In this document: positions 1 through 8,414 of the stretch, piece by piece
How the letters are laid out: each line of letters begins with the position of its first letter
Position numbering within the stretch: the stretch's first letter is position 1
DNA from: Gammaproteobacteria bacterium UBA7310
Lineage (GTDB): Bacteria; Pseudomonadota; Gammaproteobacteria; Pseudomonadales; Ketobacteraceae
DNA: 24,000 bases
Direction of reading: 5' to 3'
Assembly: GCA_002471665.1 (NCBI GenBank)
Contig: DKQK01000005.1
Location: 61,918 to 85,917, forward strand
Translations under genes and position numbers: made by a program
Notes under the pieces: model-generated
The model's database searches: none
What the model was told of the DNA's origin: nothing
What the model saw: only the letters and a program-made list of their open reading frames with translations

Positions 1-144
1 CAGGTAAAACGTATGTTCGCGGCCATCGGTAACCATGTGCTGGCACTGCACCGTTGTGCTATCGGCTCACTTCAGTTGGACCCGCAACTGGCTGCCGGAG
101 CGTATCGCCCCCTTACCACGGAAGAGATTGAACAATTGTCATGA
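1..144 (+). CDS. rsuA: 16S rRNA pseudouridine synthase, RsuA-type, C-terminal fragment (5' end lies outside the window)
   Basis: Frame 1 translates to [47 protein letters not shown]. This matches my recollection of the RsuA C-terminus ([23 protein letters not shown]...YRPLTEEEI). The TGA stop at 142-144 overlaps the next ATG (ATGA). Confidence 0.7.
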   Translation, partial: QVKRMFAAIGNHVLALHRCAIGSLQLDPQLAAGAYRPLTTEEIEQLS

Positions 145-1178
145 CGGATCCCGCACTGGACTTTATCTGTAATGCCCTGTCGGAAAGCTCCGGCCAACGC
201 CTGCTGGTGGCCGACGAACACCTGGACAGTTCACTTCTGCTGTCCCTGAAAACCCTGCCGGATCTGAGCTTGCTCACCAATCGCTACGATGTATACCGGT
301 CCGCACAGGACAACAATATTCCTTGTATTTTCAATGATATGGATATCAGCGCGTGCAACACTCGGTTTGATGTCATTGCCTACCGGGTGTCCAAGGAAAA
401 AGCCGTGGTGCACCACATTATCAATCAGGCCCCGGCCTCGTTAAACGCCAAGGGCTCGCTGCTGCTATGCGGCTTTAAGAACGAAGGCATCAAAACCTAC
501 ATCAGCAAAGTGGAGCAGTACCTGGGCTGCAAGGCTCTGGTGAGCAAAGGCGAACGCCAGTTGAAGCTGGCGCAATTCAGGGTGACGGAGTTAGGTGAAC
601 CCCTGGATGACCGTGAGTACCGGCAACTGACCTGCATCGGCGAGCAACGCAACCTTGCCCTGTTCAGCAAACCCGGGCAATACGGCTGGAACAAGATTGA
701 CAAGGGCAGTGAACTGCTGGTGAATGCGTTTGCTGATCACGTCAATATTGCCGGGGCCCCCGCCACCTTGCTGGATCTGGGTTGCGGCTACGGCTACCTG
801 TCTGTCATGGCCTGGGCCCTGGGCGCCGGACAGATCATGGCCACCGACAACAACGCCGCCGCCATCGCCAGTTGCCGTCACAATTTCGAAATCCATGGCA
901 TCCAGGGCGAGCTCAGTGCAGACGATTGCGCCTGTGACCTTCATCACCAGTACGACGTGGTGTTATGCAATCCGCCGTTTCACAAGGGCTTCGATACGGA
1001 ACCGGGTTTAACGGAAAAATTTCTGCGCAGTGCCCGCCATCATTTGAAAAACAATGGCGTTGCCTTTGTGGTGGTCAATCAATTTATACCGGTGGAAGCC
1101 ATCGCCCCTTCCTATTTCAAAAGTGTTGAAACGGTTTATCGCGACAAAAGCTTTAAAGTATTCAAGCTATCTTCTTGA
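141..1178 (+). CDS. rsmC: 16S rRNA (guanine-N2)-methyltransferase, RsmC-like
   Basis: 345 aa with a two-domain length like E. coli RsmC. SAM motif I is [13 protein letters not shown] and the amino-methyltransferase motif is [30 protein letters not shown] and the C-terminal FKVFKL parallel RsmC. RlmG is the closest alternative, but it is longer. Confidence 0.75.
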   Translation: MTDPALDFICNALSESSGQRLLVADEHLDSSLLLSLKTLPDLSLLTNRYDVYRSAQDNNIPCIFNDMDISACNTRFDVIAYRVSKEKAVVHHIINQAPASLNAKGSLLLCGFKNEGIKTYISKVEQYLGCKALVSKGERQLKLAQFRVTELGEPLDDREYRQLTCIGEQRNLALFSKPGQYGWNKIDKGSELLVNAFADHVNIAGAPATLLDLGCGYGYLSVMAWALGAGQIMATDNNAAAIASCRHNFEIHGIQGELSADDCACDLHHQYDVVLCNPPFHKGFDTEPGLTEKFLRSARHHLKNNGVAFVVVNQFIPVEAIAPSYFKSVETVYRDKSFKVFKLSS

Positions 1179-1968
1179 CTGCATACCGCAGGCGGCAGGA
1201 CTTGCGTTCAGGGTTCAGCCCCGGTTGCAGTTTCAAGGCCTGACGCAACATGCGGGTTTCGGTTGGTATACGCAAAAAACCCACCACGGCGTTGTGGCAG
1301 GTGGGTGTTGCAAACTGATACACCGAGGCAAAGGATTCCTGCACAAACGCTGCGGAAAAATAAGCACACTCGCGCCACTCCCGATAATTCACAAAGTTCA
1401 TCACCAGGGCGCCGTCATCCGTCAGGTGCTCCATCAGCAGATCAAACCAGCTGGCATCGGCGCTGATGGCACGTTGCGGCTCACCGTCCACTTCAAAGTA
1501 CAGATCATCAATGATCAGATCAAAAGGCGCCCCCTGGTAGTCAATGATCCAGTCGATGGCGTTGGCCTGTATCAGTTCCAGATTGTCATAATCAAGATCA
1601 AAATAGCGCTGCGCCAATTCAATATGCAGGCCACTCAGCTCAACCCCCACCAGCTGTTCCGGCCGCACAAACTGATTCAGCATATGAATAACCGCACCAC
1701 CCCCCACACCCAAAACCAGCACCCGCCGGATTGCCTGTGGCGAATAGAACTGGCTGGGTAAGAACAACAGATCCCACACGCTGCCGGTGACGCCGCAATG
1801 GGCAGGGTTGTACTGGCTGTGGAAAACCCCATCGGTATACAGCCGCCGGGTGCGGCCGGCACTGCGCACCTGATACTGACGCCCCTGGTGGTACTGCTCA
1901 AACAGAACGGCCATGACTGCCTGCTGTTGACATAAATCCTCACGAAAAAACACGGCGGAAACCGCCAT
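1162..1968 (-). CDS. Spermidine-synthase-like class I SAM-dependent transferase
   Basis: 268 aa. Gly-rich motif RVLVLGVGGGAVIHML, then GVELSG..IELAQRYF and PFDLIIDDLY, typical of the spermine/spermidine synthase-like fold. The 3' end overlaps rsmC by 17 bp. Confidence 0.6.
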   Translation of the reverse strand: MAVSAVFFREDLCQQQAVMAVLFEQYHQGRQYQVRSAGRTRRLYTDGVFHSQYNPAHCGVTGSVWDLLFLPSQFYSPQAIRRVLVLGVGGGAVIHMLNQFVRPEQLVGVELSGLHIELAQRYFDLDYDNLELIQANAIDWIIDYQGAPFDLIIDDLYFEVDGEPQRAISADASWFDLLMEHLTDDGALVMNFVNYREWRECAYFSAAFVQESFASVYQFATPTCHNAVVGFLRIPTETRMLRQALKLQPGLNPERKSCRLRYAVKKIA

Positions 1969-2020
1969 TGTAGCGTTTCCCGCTTTCCCGCGCTGAGCTT
2001 TTACATGTTATTCTTTTGCC

Positions 2021-2034
2021 TTCAATAAATTGAA
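2021..2034. repeat. 14-bp palindrome TTCAAT-AA-ATTGAA in the divergent promoter region; function unknown
   Basis: Read directly from the sequence. It lies in the 94-bp AT-rich gap between the divergent genes starting at 1968 (-) and 2063 (+). Confidence 0.3.
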
Positions 2035-2062
2035 CATTAATTTGAGAGTAAAGGTGTAATCC

Positions 2063-3043
2063 ATGCCGATTCCAAGCAGCTTTGAAGGCAGATTGAAGTT
2101 ACCGGTAGTGGCCGCCCCCATGTTTTTGGTGTCCGGCCCCAGAATGTTGATTGAGAACTGTAAGAACGGCGTGGTCGGTACCCTGCCTGCGCTGAATCAG
2201 CGCAGCAGCGAGGGCTTTGAAGAATGGCTGCTGCAGATTGAGCGGGAACTTTCGGAGTTTGAACAACAAACCGGTAACAGGGCCGCGCCCTATGGCATTA
2301 ACCTGATTGTGCACAAGACCAACCCCAGGGTACAGGCGGATCTGGAAATCTGCGCAAAACACAAAGTGCCCCTGGTGATCACCTCTCTGGGCGCGGTGAA
2401 AGAACTGGTGGACACCGTGCACAGCTACGGCGGCGTGGTCTTCCATGACGTCACCAATCGCCGCCATGCGGAAAAAGCCGCTGAAGCCGGTGTCGATGGC
2501 TTGATTGCCGTGTGTGGTGGCGCCGGCGGCCACGCGGGTACCACCAATCCGTTTGCGCTGGTGCAGGAAATCCGCAGTTTTTTTGATAAAACCCTGTTGT
2601 TGGCAGGTTGTATTAACAGTGGTTCCGATGTGGCGGCCGCACTGCAGATGGGAGCGGATCTGGCCTATATGGGTACCCGCTTCATCAATACTGTGGAAAG
2701 TGAGGCGGTGCCTGAATACAAACAGATGATCAATGACTGCGGCAGCAAGGACATAGTACACACCCCCGCCGTGTCCGGTATTCCTGCCAGTTTTATGCGG
2801 CCCAGCATGGAAGCCAACGGCTACGCAATGGATAAGCTGGGGCAGCCCGGCGAGGTGGATTACGGCACCAAACTGAAACCCGTCAGCGACGAAGCCAAGG
2901 CCTGGAAAACTGTTTGGTCCGCCGGCCAGGGTTGTGCCGGGATCCATGATGTGGTGCCGGTGGCGGAATTGATCGGCCGCATGAGCGACGAATTCCGCAA
3001 CGCCATTCAGACCCAGGCCAAGGCACTGGAAATCTACCGATAA
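2063..3043 (+). CDS. Nitronate monooxygenase / FabK-like NAD(P)H-dependent flavin oxidoreductase (NMO family)
   Basis: 326 aa. Motifs LPVVAAPMFLVSGP, VCGGAGGHAG and AGCINSGSDVAAALQMGADLAYMGTRF (FMN TIM barrel of the 2-nitropropane dioxygenase family). SD AAGGTG lies 6 nt upstream of the ATG. Confidence 0.8.
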   Translation: MPIPSSFEGRLKLPVVAAPMFLVSGPRMLIENCKNGVVGTLPALNQRSSEGFEEWLLQIERELSEFEQQTGNRAAPYGINLIVHKTNPRVQADLEICAKHKVPLVITSLGAVKELVDTVHSYGGVVFHDVTNRRHAEKAAEAGVDGLIAVCGGAGGHAGTTNPFALVQEIRSFFDKTLLLAGCINSGSDVAAALQMGADLAYMGTRFINTVESEAVPEYKQMINDCGSKDIVHTPAVSGIPASFMRPSMEANGYAMDKLGQPGEVDYGTKLKPVSDEAKAWKTVWSAGQGCAGIHDVVPVAELIGRMSDEFRNAIQTQAKALEIYR

Positions 3044-3055
3044 TACACTGCTGTA

Positions 3056-3973
3056 TCAGGCGGCATCCGCCGCCTGTTGTGCCTGCATCTCGTCAATCAA
3101 CGTCATTTCGTTACGGAAACGTTCCAGCAGATCGCGGCGCTCATCGGTTTCCCAGGGGTGAAATCCGGGGCGGAAATACTGCAGTAAAAACGGTGCCAGC
3201 GCGCGCATGATGCCATCCTGTCCCCACAGCAACCGGCGTACCGCTGCCCGATGCTGCGCATCCCACAGGCCATCCTGCTGCAACAGATAACGCATTCGAT
3301 TGCGCAGTCGCACCAGCAGATCCAGGGTGACAAACACCATGGCATAGGCCCGTTTCCAGTAACCGCCACCGGCTTCCTGGTACAGGTCGTAGCATACCGC
3401 CTTGTGTTCCACCTCCTCCATGGCATGGTAAATCAGCAGTTCCCGGAAGGGTGAACCGGCCTTTTCAATCAAATCCGGACGATGGTAAATAAAGAGGTGC
3501 GCCAGGGAGGCAGTGAAGTGCTCAGAAGCCGCCGTCATGGCCAGGCGTGTCAATGGTGTCAGGTGCTTGCGGGACCACTTATTATCGCGCTTCAGTTTTT
3601 CATCGAACATCTGCATGGCGGGGTAGCCCATCTCGATCAGGGCCTGACTCCAACCGTCGTGCTCCCGCCCGTGCATGGCTTCCTGGCGGATGAACAATTG
3701 AATCTGCTCCAGTAATTCCGCAGGCAGGTTATCCTTTCCCACGGCATCACGCACGTCCCGCGCCGAATCCATGAAAAAGCGCTCCCCTTCCGGGAACATA
3801 GCCTGCAAGGCATTGAAAAAATGCGTTTTTACGGGATCATTGTCATGCCAGTAGCGTTGCTGGCGCATGGCACCGAGATAATCAAAGCGCACACTGCGGG
3901 CAATGATTTTCAATGCGGCCGGTGTGCGGGTGCGACGCCGGCCCTGTGCCTTACTAAACACGTTACCTAACAT
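3056..3973 (-). CDS. COG3687/PF10118-type 'predicted metal-dependent hydrolase'; carries a di-iron-carboxylate-like E..ExxH x2 pattern
   Basis: 305 aa. The family-typical N-terminal segment is HFFNALQAMFPEGERFF. Candidate metal ligands are E62/E64, E98-A-M-H101, E151(H152) and E187-V-E-H190. Confidence 0.6.
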   Translation of the reverse strand: MLGNVFSKAQGRRRTRTPAALKIIARSVRFDYLGAMRQQRYWHDNDPVKTHFFNALQAMFPEGERFFMDSARDVRDAVGKDNLPAELLEQIQLFIRQEAMHGREHDGWSQALIEMGYPAMQMFDEKLKRDNKWSRKHLTPLTRLAMTAASEHFTASLAHLFIYHRPDLIEKAGSPFRELLIYHAMEEVEHKAVCYDLYQEAGGGYWKRAYAMVFVTLDLLVRLRNRMRYLLQQDGLWDAQHRAAVRRLLWGQDGIMRALAPFLLQYFRPGFHPWETDERRDLLERFRNEMTLIDEMQAQQAADAA

Positions 3974-4070
3974 AGTTATGCTGCCTCTGTTTTAATCCAT
4001 TATTAAGACTAGTTCAGCAGCGCTCAAGACGTTAGGTGAATGGATGACGATGTACTGTGCCAAAGCGACA

Positions 4071-4100
4071 GCCCAGCACCCTGCAAGCAGCATGCTGGGC
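4071..4100 (-). terminator. Stem-loop downstream of the acyl-CoA synthetase gene (possible intrinsic terminator)
   Basis: On the minus strand: GCCCAGCA-tg-CTGC-tt-GCAG-gg-TGCTGGGC, followed by TGTCGCTTTG. The stem is strong but the U-tract is weak. Confidence 0.5.
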
Positions 4101-4109
4101 TGAGGGCAA

Positions 4110-5726
4110 CTACTGGGTATACACAGACTGATACTGGTCCCGCAGCTGACGCTTCAGTAACTTACCGGTGGGGGTGTGCGGCAATTCCTCAACAAACAAC
4201 ACTTCGTCGGGCATCCACCATTTCACGATTTTGTCCGCCAGGTATTCCAGCATGGCTTCCTTGGTCAGACTGGCGCCGGGGTTCAGTACCACCAGCAACA
4301 ACGGGCGTTCATCCCATTTCGGATGCGGTACACCCACCACCGCGCATTCAGCAACCGCGTCATGGCCGATGGCGATGTTCTCCACATCAATGGAACTGAT
4401 CCACTCGCCGCCGGATTTGATGACATCCTTGGCCCGGTCCACGATGTTCATGTAGCCCTGTGCATCCAGTGTGGCCACATCACCGGTATCAAACCAACCG
4501 TCCTGCCAGTCGGATTGATCATCGTGTTTATAGTAGCTGCTGGCCACCCAGGGGCCGCGCACCTGCAGGCGGCCAAAGGCTTTACCGTCGTGGGGCAGTT
4601 CCTGCCCGGCATCGTCTACAATTCGAATTTCAATACCGTAGATGGGGCGCCCCTGCTTGGTTTGCAGTTTATAGCGCTCCTCCTGCGACAATCCGGCCAT
4701 GTAGGTGTTCATGCTGTTAAGCGTACCCATGGGGGAAAGCTCGGTCATGCCCCAGGCATGAATAACAAAGGCATCGTGTTTTTCCTGAAACGCCCTGATC
4801 ATGGACATGGGCGCCGCCGAGCCGCCTATGACCACCTCTTCCACCGAGGCCAGCTTGCGGTTTTCCTGATCACAGTACTGCAGCAGCCCCAACCATACGG
4901 TGGGCACCCCCAGCAGCAATGAAACGTTCTCACTGTCGATCAGTTCATACAGGGAGGCACCATCCATACCGGCGCCGGGCAACACCAACCTGGCTCCACC
5001 GGCGGTGGCCGCATAGGGCACGCCCCAGGCATTCACATGGAACATGGGCACTACCGGTAAAACCGACGACCGATTGCAAACCCCCAACGCATCGTTGCTG
5101 ACGGAGGCCAACGCGTGAATCACCGTGGAACGGTGGCTGTACAGCACCCCTTTGGGATTGCCGGTGGTACCGGAGGTGTAACACAGGGTGGCGGCCAGGT
5201 TTTCATCAAAACTGGGCCACTCATACTCGGCGCTGGCGGCTTCCAGCAATGCCTCATAGCACAACAAGTCCAGCTTGGAATCCGGCATGCTGGCCTTATC
5301 CACCATCAGCACGATGTGTTTCAAATGCGGCAGCTGATCGCGTATGGCTTCAATAAGAGGCACGAATTGCAGATCCAGAAACAGCACTTCGTCCTCGGCA
5401 TGATTGAGAATGTAGACGATCTGCTCGGGGAACAGGCGCGGATTCACCGTATGCAGAATGGCGCCACTGCCGGACACCGCAAAATACAACTCATAGTGGC
5501 GGTGTGTATTCCAGGCCAGTGTGGCAACCCGGTCCTGCTGCTGAACGCCCAGCTGGGCCAGCACATTAGCCGCCTGCCGGGCACGCCTGCCGGCATCCGC
5601 ATAGGTGTAGCGAAAGATGCCTCCCTCCGGTTTACGGCTGACGATCTCGCAGTGTTTATGAACTTTTTCAGCGTGACGCAGAATAGACGAAATGGAGAGT
5701 TGGGTATCCATCATCAATCCGTGCAT
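4110..5726 (-). CDS. Long/medium-chain fatty acid--CoA ligase (AMP-binding superfamily)
   Basis: Motifs LCYTSGTTGNPKGVLYSHRS, GWFDTGDVA and DRAKDVIKSGGEWIS. I chose the start at ATG 5726 (MHGLMMDTQLSISS...) because GAGGAG lies 6 nt upstream. The ORF-track start at 5786 has no SD. Confidence 0.9.
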   Translation of the reverse strand: MHGLMMDTQLSISSILRHAEKVHKHCEIVSRKPEGGIFRYTYADAGRRARQAANVLAQLGVQQQDRVATLAWNTHRHYELYFAVSGSGAILHTVNPRLFPEQIVYILNHAEDEVLFLDLQFVPLIEAIRDQLPHLKHIVLMVDKASMPDSKLDLLCYEALLEAASAEYEWPSFDENLAATLCYTSGTTGNPKGVLYSHRSTVIHALASVSNDALGVCNRSSVLPVVPMFHVNAWGVPYAATAGGARLVLPGAGMDGASLYELIDSENVSLLLGVPTVWLGLLQYCDQENRKLASVEEVVIGGSAAPMSMIRAFQEKHDAFVIHAWGMTELSPMGTLNSMNTYMAGLSQEERYKLQTKQGRPIYGIEIRIVDDAGQELPHDGKAFGRLQVRGPWVASSYYKHDDQSDWQDGWFDTGDVATLDAQGYMNIVDRAKDVIKSGGEWISSIDVENIAIGHDAVAECAVVGVPHPKWDERPLLLVVLNPGASLTKEAMLEYLADKIVKWWMPDEVLFVEELPHTPTGKLLKRQLRDQYQSVYTQ

Positions 5727-5784
5727 GGTGTTCTCCTCGCGTTGGGGTTTGTATTCCGTTAATTTTTTATTATCTCTACACAAC

Positions 5785-5808
5785 AAAAAACCGGGCTATT
5801 CAGCCCGG
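5785..5808 (-). terminator. Rho-independent terminator of the BVMO-SDR operon
   Basis: The minus strand reads CCGGGCT-GAAT-AGCCCGG followed by TTTTTTG, 22 nt after the SDR stop codon. Confidence 0.8.
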
Positions 5809-5829
5809 GTGGTGTTCCATTATTGCAGC

Positions 5830-6672
5830 TTAGCGACTGGCCATCTTGAACGAAGCGGTCACTATCCGCTGATATATCACCGGCAGTGTGCGCTGCATTA
5901 TGTCCAGTACCCGCGCATCCGGACCGATCAACGCCCGCCGCTTGTTGGCTTTCACTGCCCCCAGAATTACCTGGGCGGCTTTCTCGGAGGTGGTCAGGAA
6001 CAGTGCCTCAAATTGGTCACGCATCTTTTCCGCGCTGGCGCTTCCGGTGAGCTTTTCCACACTGTTGCTCATCCGCGCATTGCGGGCAATGTTGGTTTTG
6101 ATACCACCGGGGTGGACACAGGTACAGGACACCTTACCGCCTTCCAGATCCAGCTCCTGGCGCAGGGATTCGGTAAACCCACGCACCGCAAACTTAGACA
6201 TGTTATAACCGCTTTGTGTGGGTTGCGCAAACAGGCCGAATATACTGGAGATGTTAACGATGTGCCCTTCCTCACCGGCTTGCTTGATGTAGGGCAAAAA
6301 CGCTTTGGTGCCATACACCACGCCCCACATATTAATACCCACAATCCATTCGTAATCGGAATAATCCGTGTCTTCCACCGTACCACCAAGGGCGACACCC
6401 GCGTTGTTGTAGACCATGTTCACCTTGCCGTGATCGTGCACCACCTGGTCGGCCCAGGCATGCACCGCATCGCGATCCGCCACATTCACCTTGGCAGTGG
6501 TTACTTTAACACCCAATGCGGAGGCCTGCTTGGCGGTTTCTGCCAATCCTGCGTCGTCCACGTCGCTCAGGGCCAGATGACAATGCTGTTTGGCCAGTTC
6601 AAGGGCCAGAGCGCGACCTATTCCAGACGCCGCTCCGGTGATAGCGGCCACTTTGTTGTTGAATGATTTCAT
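5830..6672 (-). CDS. Short-chain dehydrogenase/reductase (SDR)
   Basis: 280 aa. Motifs ITGAASGIGRA (TGxxxGxG), NNAG and YNMSK (YxxxK). The start ATG overlaps the upstream BVMO stop codon (ATGA at 6669-6672). Confidence 0.9.
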   Translation of the reverse strand: MKSFNNKVAAITGAASGIGRALALELAKQHCHLALSDVDDAGLAETAKQASALGVKVTTAKVNVADRDAVHAWADQVVHDHGKVNMVYNNAGVALGGTVEDTDYSDYEWIVGINMWGVVYGTKAFLPYIKQAGEEGHIVNISSIFGLFAQPTQSGYNMSKFAVRGFTESLRQELDLEGGKVSCTCVHPGGIKTNIARNARMSNSVEKLTGSASAEKMRDQFEALFLTTSEKAAQVILGAVKANKRRALIGPDARVLDIMQRTLPVIYQRIVTASFKMASR

Positions 6673-8189
6673 GCGGATGCCCCTACTGTGTCTGGTGTTG
6701 ATGTGGTTTCTTCTGCGCCGTTGAACAGGTATGCGTCGGCATCAAAACGCCGGGTTTGCTGACGAAACTGCCAGGTAAAGCCGGGCCATAACGTCACGTT
6801 TTTTCCACTGACCGGATGCAGATACCAGCTCTGGCAACCGCCATTGTTCCACACCGATCCCTGCAGTTTGTTCTGGATACGATCGTTGTAGCGGGCTTGT
6901 GCCGTGGGCGCCACATCGATCTGCCGGATGCGTTTTTTCCCCATGAATTTCATCGCGCTCATTACATAATTGATTTGCGACTCGATCATGTACACCATGG
7001 AGTTGTGCCCCAATCCGGTGTTGGGGCCCATTAACATAAAGAAGTTCGGGAACCCGGCAATGGTGGTACCTTTGTACGCTTCCGGACCTTCGGGCCAGGT
7101 ATCCACCATATCCACGCCGCCACGGCCAAAAAACAGGCCTTTGGGAATGGGATCGGTGGCTCTGAAACCGGTGCCGTAGATGATGGCGTCCACTTTTCGT
7201 TCTTCGCCGTCCACGGTGATGACGCTGTTGGCGGTCACTTCCCGAATACCGGTGGTGATCACGTCCACGTTGGGCTGGTCCAGTGCCGGATAGTAGTTAT
7301 CCGACATCAGGATGCGCTTGCAGCCGATGGTGTAATCCGGGGTCACCTTTTTGCGCAACTCCGGATCACTGATCTGATTACGAATGTGGTTAAGAGCCCA
7401 GCGCTTGGCGATGGTCATTAAGCGCGGATTAATCAACATACCCACGACGCGGCTTTCCAGGGTCCAGTAGATTTTTTCCCGCAATAACTGCTGGGCTTTG
7501 GGAAAGCGTTTGAACAACGCTTTTTCGGCAAACTTCATGGCCCGGTCCGGCTTGCTGATGATCCAGGGTGGCGTGCGCTGATACAGATCCAGTTGCGCCG
7601 CTTCTTTCTGCACCTCGGGTACAAACTGAATAGCCGAGGCACCGGTGCCGATGACGGCAACCCGTTTGCCTTTCAGGTCATACTGATGATCCCAATCCTG
7701 GGAATGGAAGGCTTTGCCCTCAAACTTATCCAGGCCGGGAATGTTCGGGTAGGCCGGCACGGATAACCCACCCGCACCCGCCACCAGAATTTCGGCGCTG
7801 TACTGCTTACCCTGCTGGTCGGTGACCATCCACAATTGTTTGCCGTCATCCCAATGGGCGCCGGCAACCGCGTTATTGAGCTTCACATGGGGCATCACAT
7901 CATAATGATGGGCGCAGTGTTCCAGATATTTTTTGATTTCCGGCTGCGGCGCAAACATGCGGCTCCAGTTGGGGTTGGGGGCAAACGAAAAAGAATACAA
8001 ATGAGAAGGCACATCGCAGGCGCATCCCGGATAATGATTCACGCGCCAGGTGCCACCCACACCAGCCTCTTTTTCAAAAACAATGAAATCGTTCTCTCCC
8101 TCCTGCTTCAAACGAATGGCCATACCCAGGCCGGAAAAGCCGGTGCCGATGATCGCCACCTTATGATGTTCCACTGACTGCTTGCTCAT
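6669..8189 (-). CDS. Type I Baeyer-Villiger (flavin-containing, NADPH-dependent) monooxygenase
   Basis: FAD Rossmann motif VAIIGTGFSGLG and a second Rossmann motif VAVIGTGASAIQ. BVMO fingerprint FEGKAFHSQDWD (FxGxxxHxxxW[P/D]) and GGTWRVNHYPGCACDVPSHLYSFSF. I chose the start at ATG 8189 (MSKQSVEHHK..) with AGGA upstream. ATG 8231 has no SD. Confidence 0.85.
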   Translation of the reverse strand: MSKQSVEHHKVAIIGTGFSGLGMAIRLKQEGENDFIVFEKEAGVGGTWRVNHYPGCACDVPSHLYSFSFAPNPNWSRMFAPQPEIKKYLEHCAHHYDVMPHVKLNNAVAGAHWDDGKQLWMVTDQQGKQYSAEILVAGAGGLSVPAYPNIPGLDKFEGKAFHSQDWDHQYDLKGKRVAVIGTGASAIQFVPEVQKEAAQLDLYQRTPPWIISKPDRAMKFAEKALFKRFPKAQQLLREKIYWTLESRVVGMLINPRLMTIAKRWALNHIRNQISDPELRKKVTPDYTIGCKRILMSDNYYPALDQPNVDVITTGIREVTANSVITVDGEERKVDAIIYGTGFRATDPIPKGLFFGRGGVDMVDTWPEGPEAYKGTTIAGFPNFFMLMGPNTGLGHNSMVYMIESQINYVMSAMKFMGKKRIRQIDVAPTAQARYNDRIQNKLQGSVWNNGGCQSWYLHPVSGKNVTLWPGFTWQFRQQTRRFDADAYLFNGAEETTSTPDTVGASA

Positions 8190-8302
8190 GTTGTAGTCCT
8201 GATCATTGTTATGGTGTGTCGGTGGCCCCATTGGGCGGGCCCGCTGCTGCCAGCATGCGATCCGACATGTACTCCCCTGGGGAGTCCCGGTAATAAAATC
8301 TC

Positions 8303-8320
8303 GGTAGACATGTGTCTACC
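8303..8320. promoter_or_regulatory. Inverted repeat GGTAGACA-TG-TGTCTACC, candidate TetR/FabR-type operator
   Basis: Perfect 8-bp arms with a 2-bp spacer, in the divergent BVMO / TetR intergenic region. The arm/spacer layout (..ACA NN TGT..) matches the E. coli FabR box as I recall it. Confidence 0.45.
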
Positions 8321-8330
8321 TCACAAGACC

Positions 8331-8350
8331 AAGTATACAAGCGTATACTT
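8331..8350. promoter_or_regulatory. Inverted repeat AAGTATAC-AAGC-GTATACTT, second candidate operator
   Basis: Perfect 8-bp arms with a 4-bp spacer. The GTATAC core recurs a third time at 8386-8391 inside TGTATACA, flanked by direct ATTGAT repeats. Confidence 0.4.
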
Positions 8351-8414
8351 TCTGGTCAAGAGCCGGTACAATTCATCACATTGATGTATACAATTGATTA
8401 AAAGTAGACCAAAG

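Noticed and set aside
2099-2947. A 282-aa ORF antisense to the NMO gene. Similar long antisense or alternate-frame ORFs occur at 1054-1761, 4176-4922, 5115-5762, 5692-6666, 8376-9104 and 12767-13546.
   Set aside because: Each lies entirely within a gene that has strong family motifs on the other strand or frame. The translations are low-complexity (G/H/Q/R/P-rich) with no recognisable motifs. Long stop-free antisense frames are expected in GC-rich coding DNA.
6669-8189. Labelling the flavin monooxygenase as almA (long-chain alkane monooxygenase).
   Set aside because: The GGTW..N.YPG..CDVPSHLYSFSF region looks like classical type I BVMOs rather than the EthA/AlmA-type RYPGIRSDS pattern as I recall it. 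Without an alignment or tree the specific symbol is not justified.
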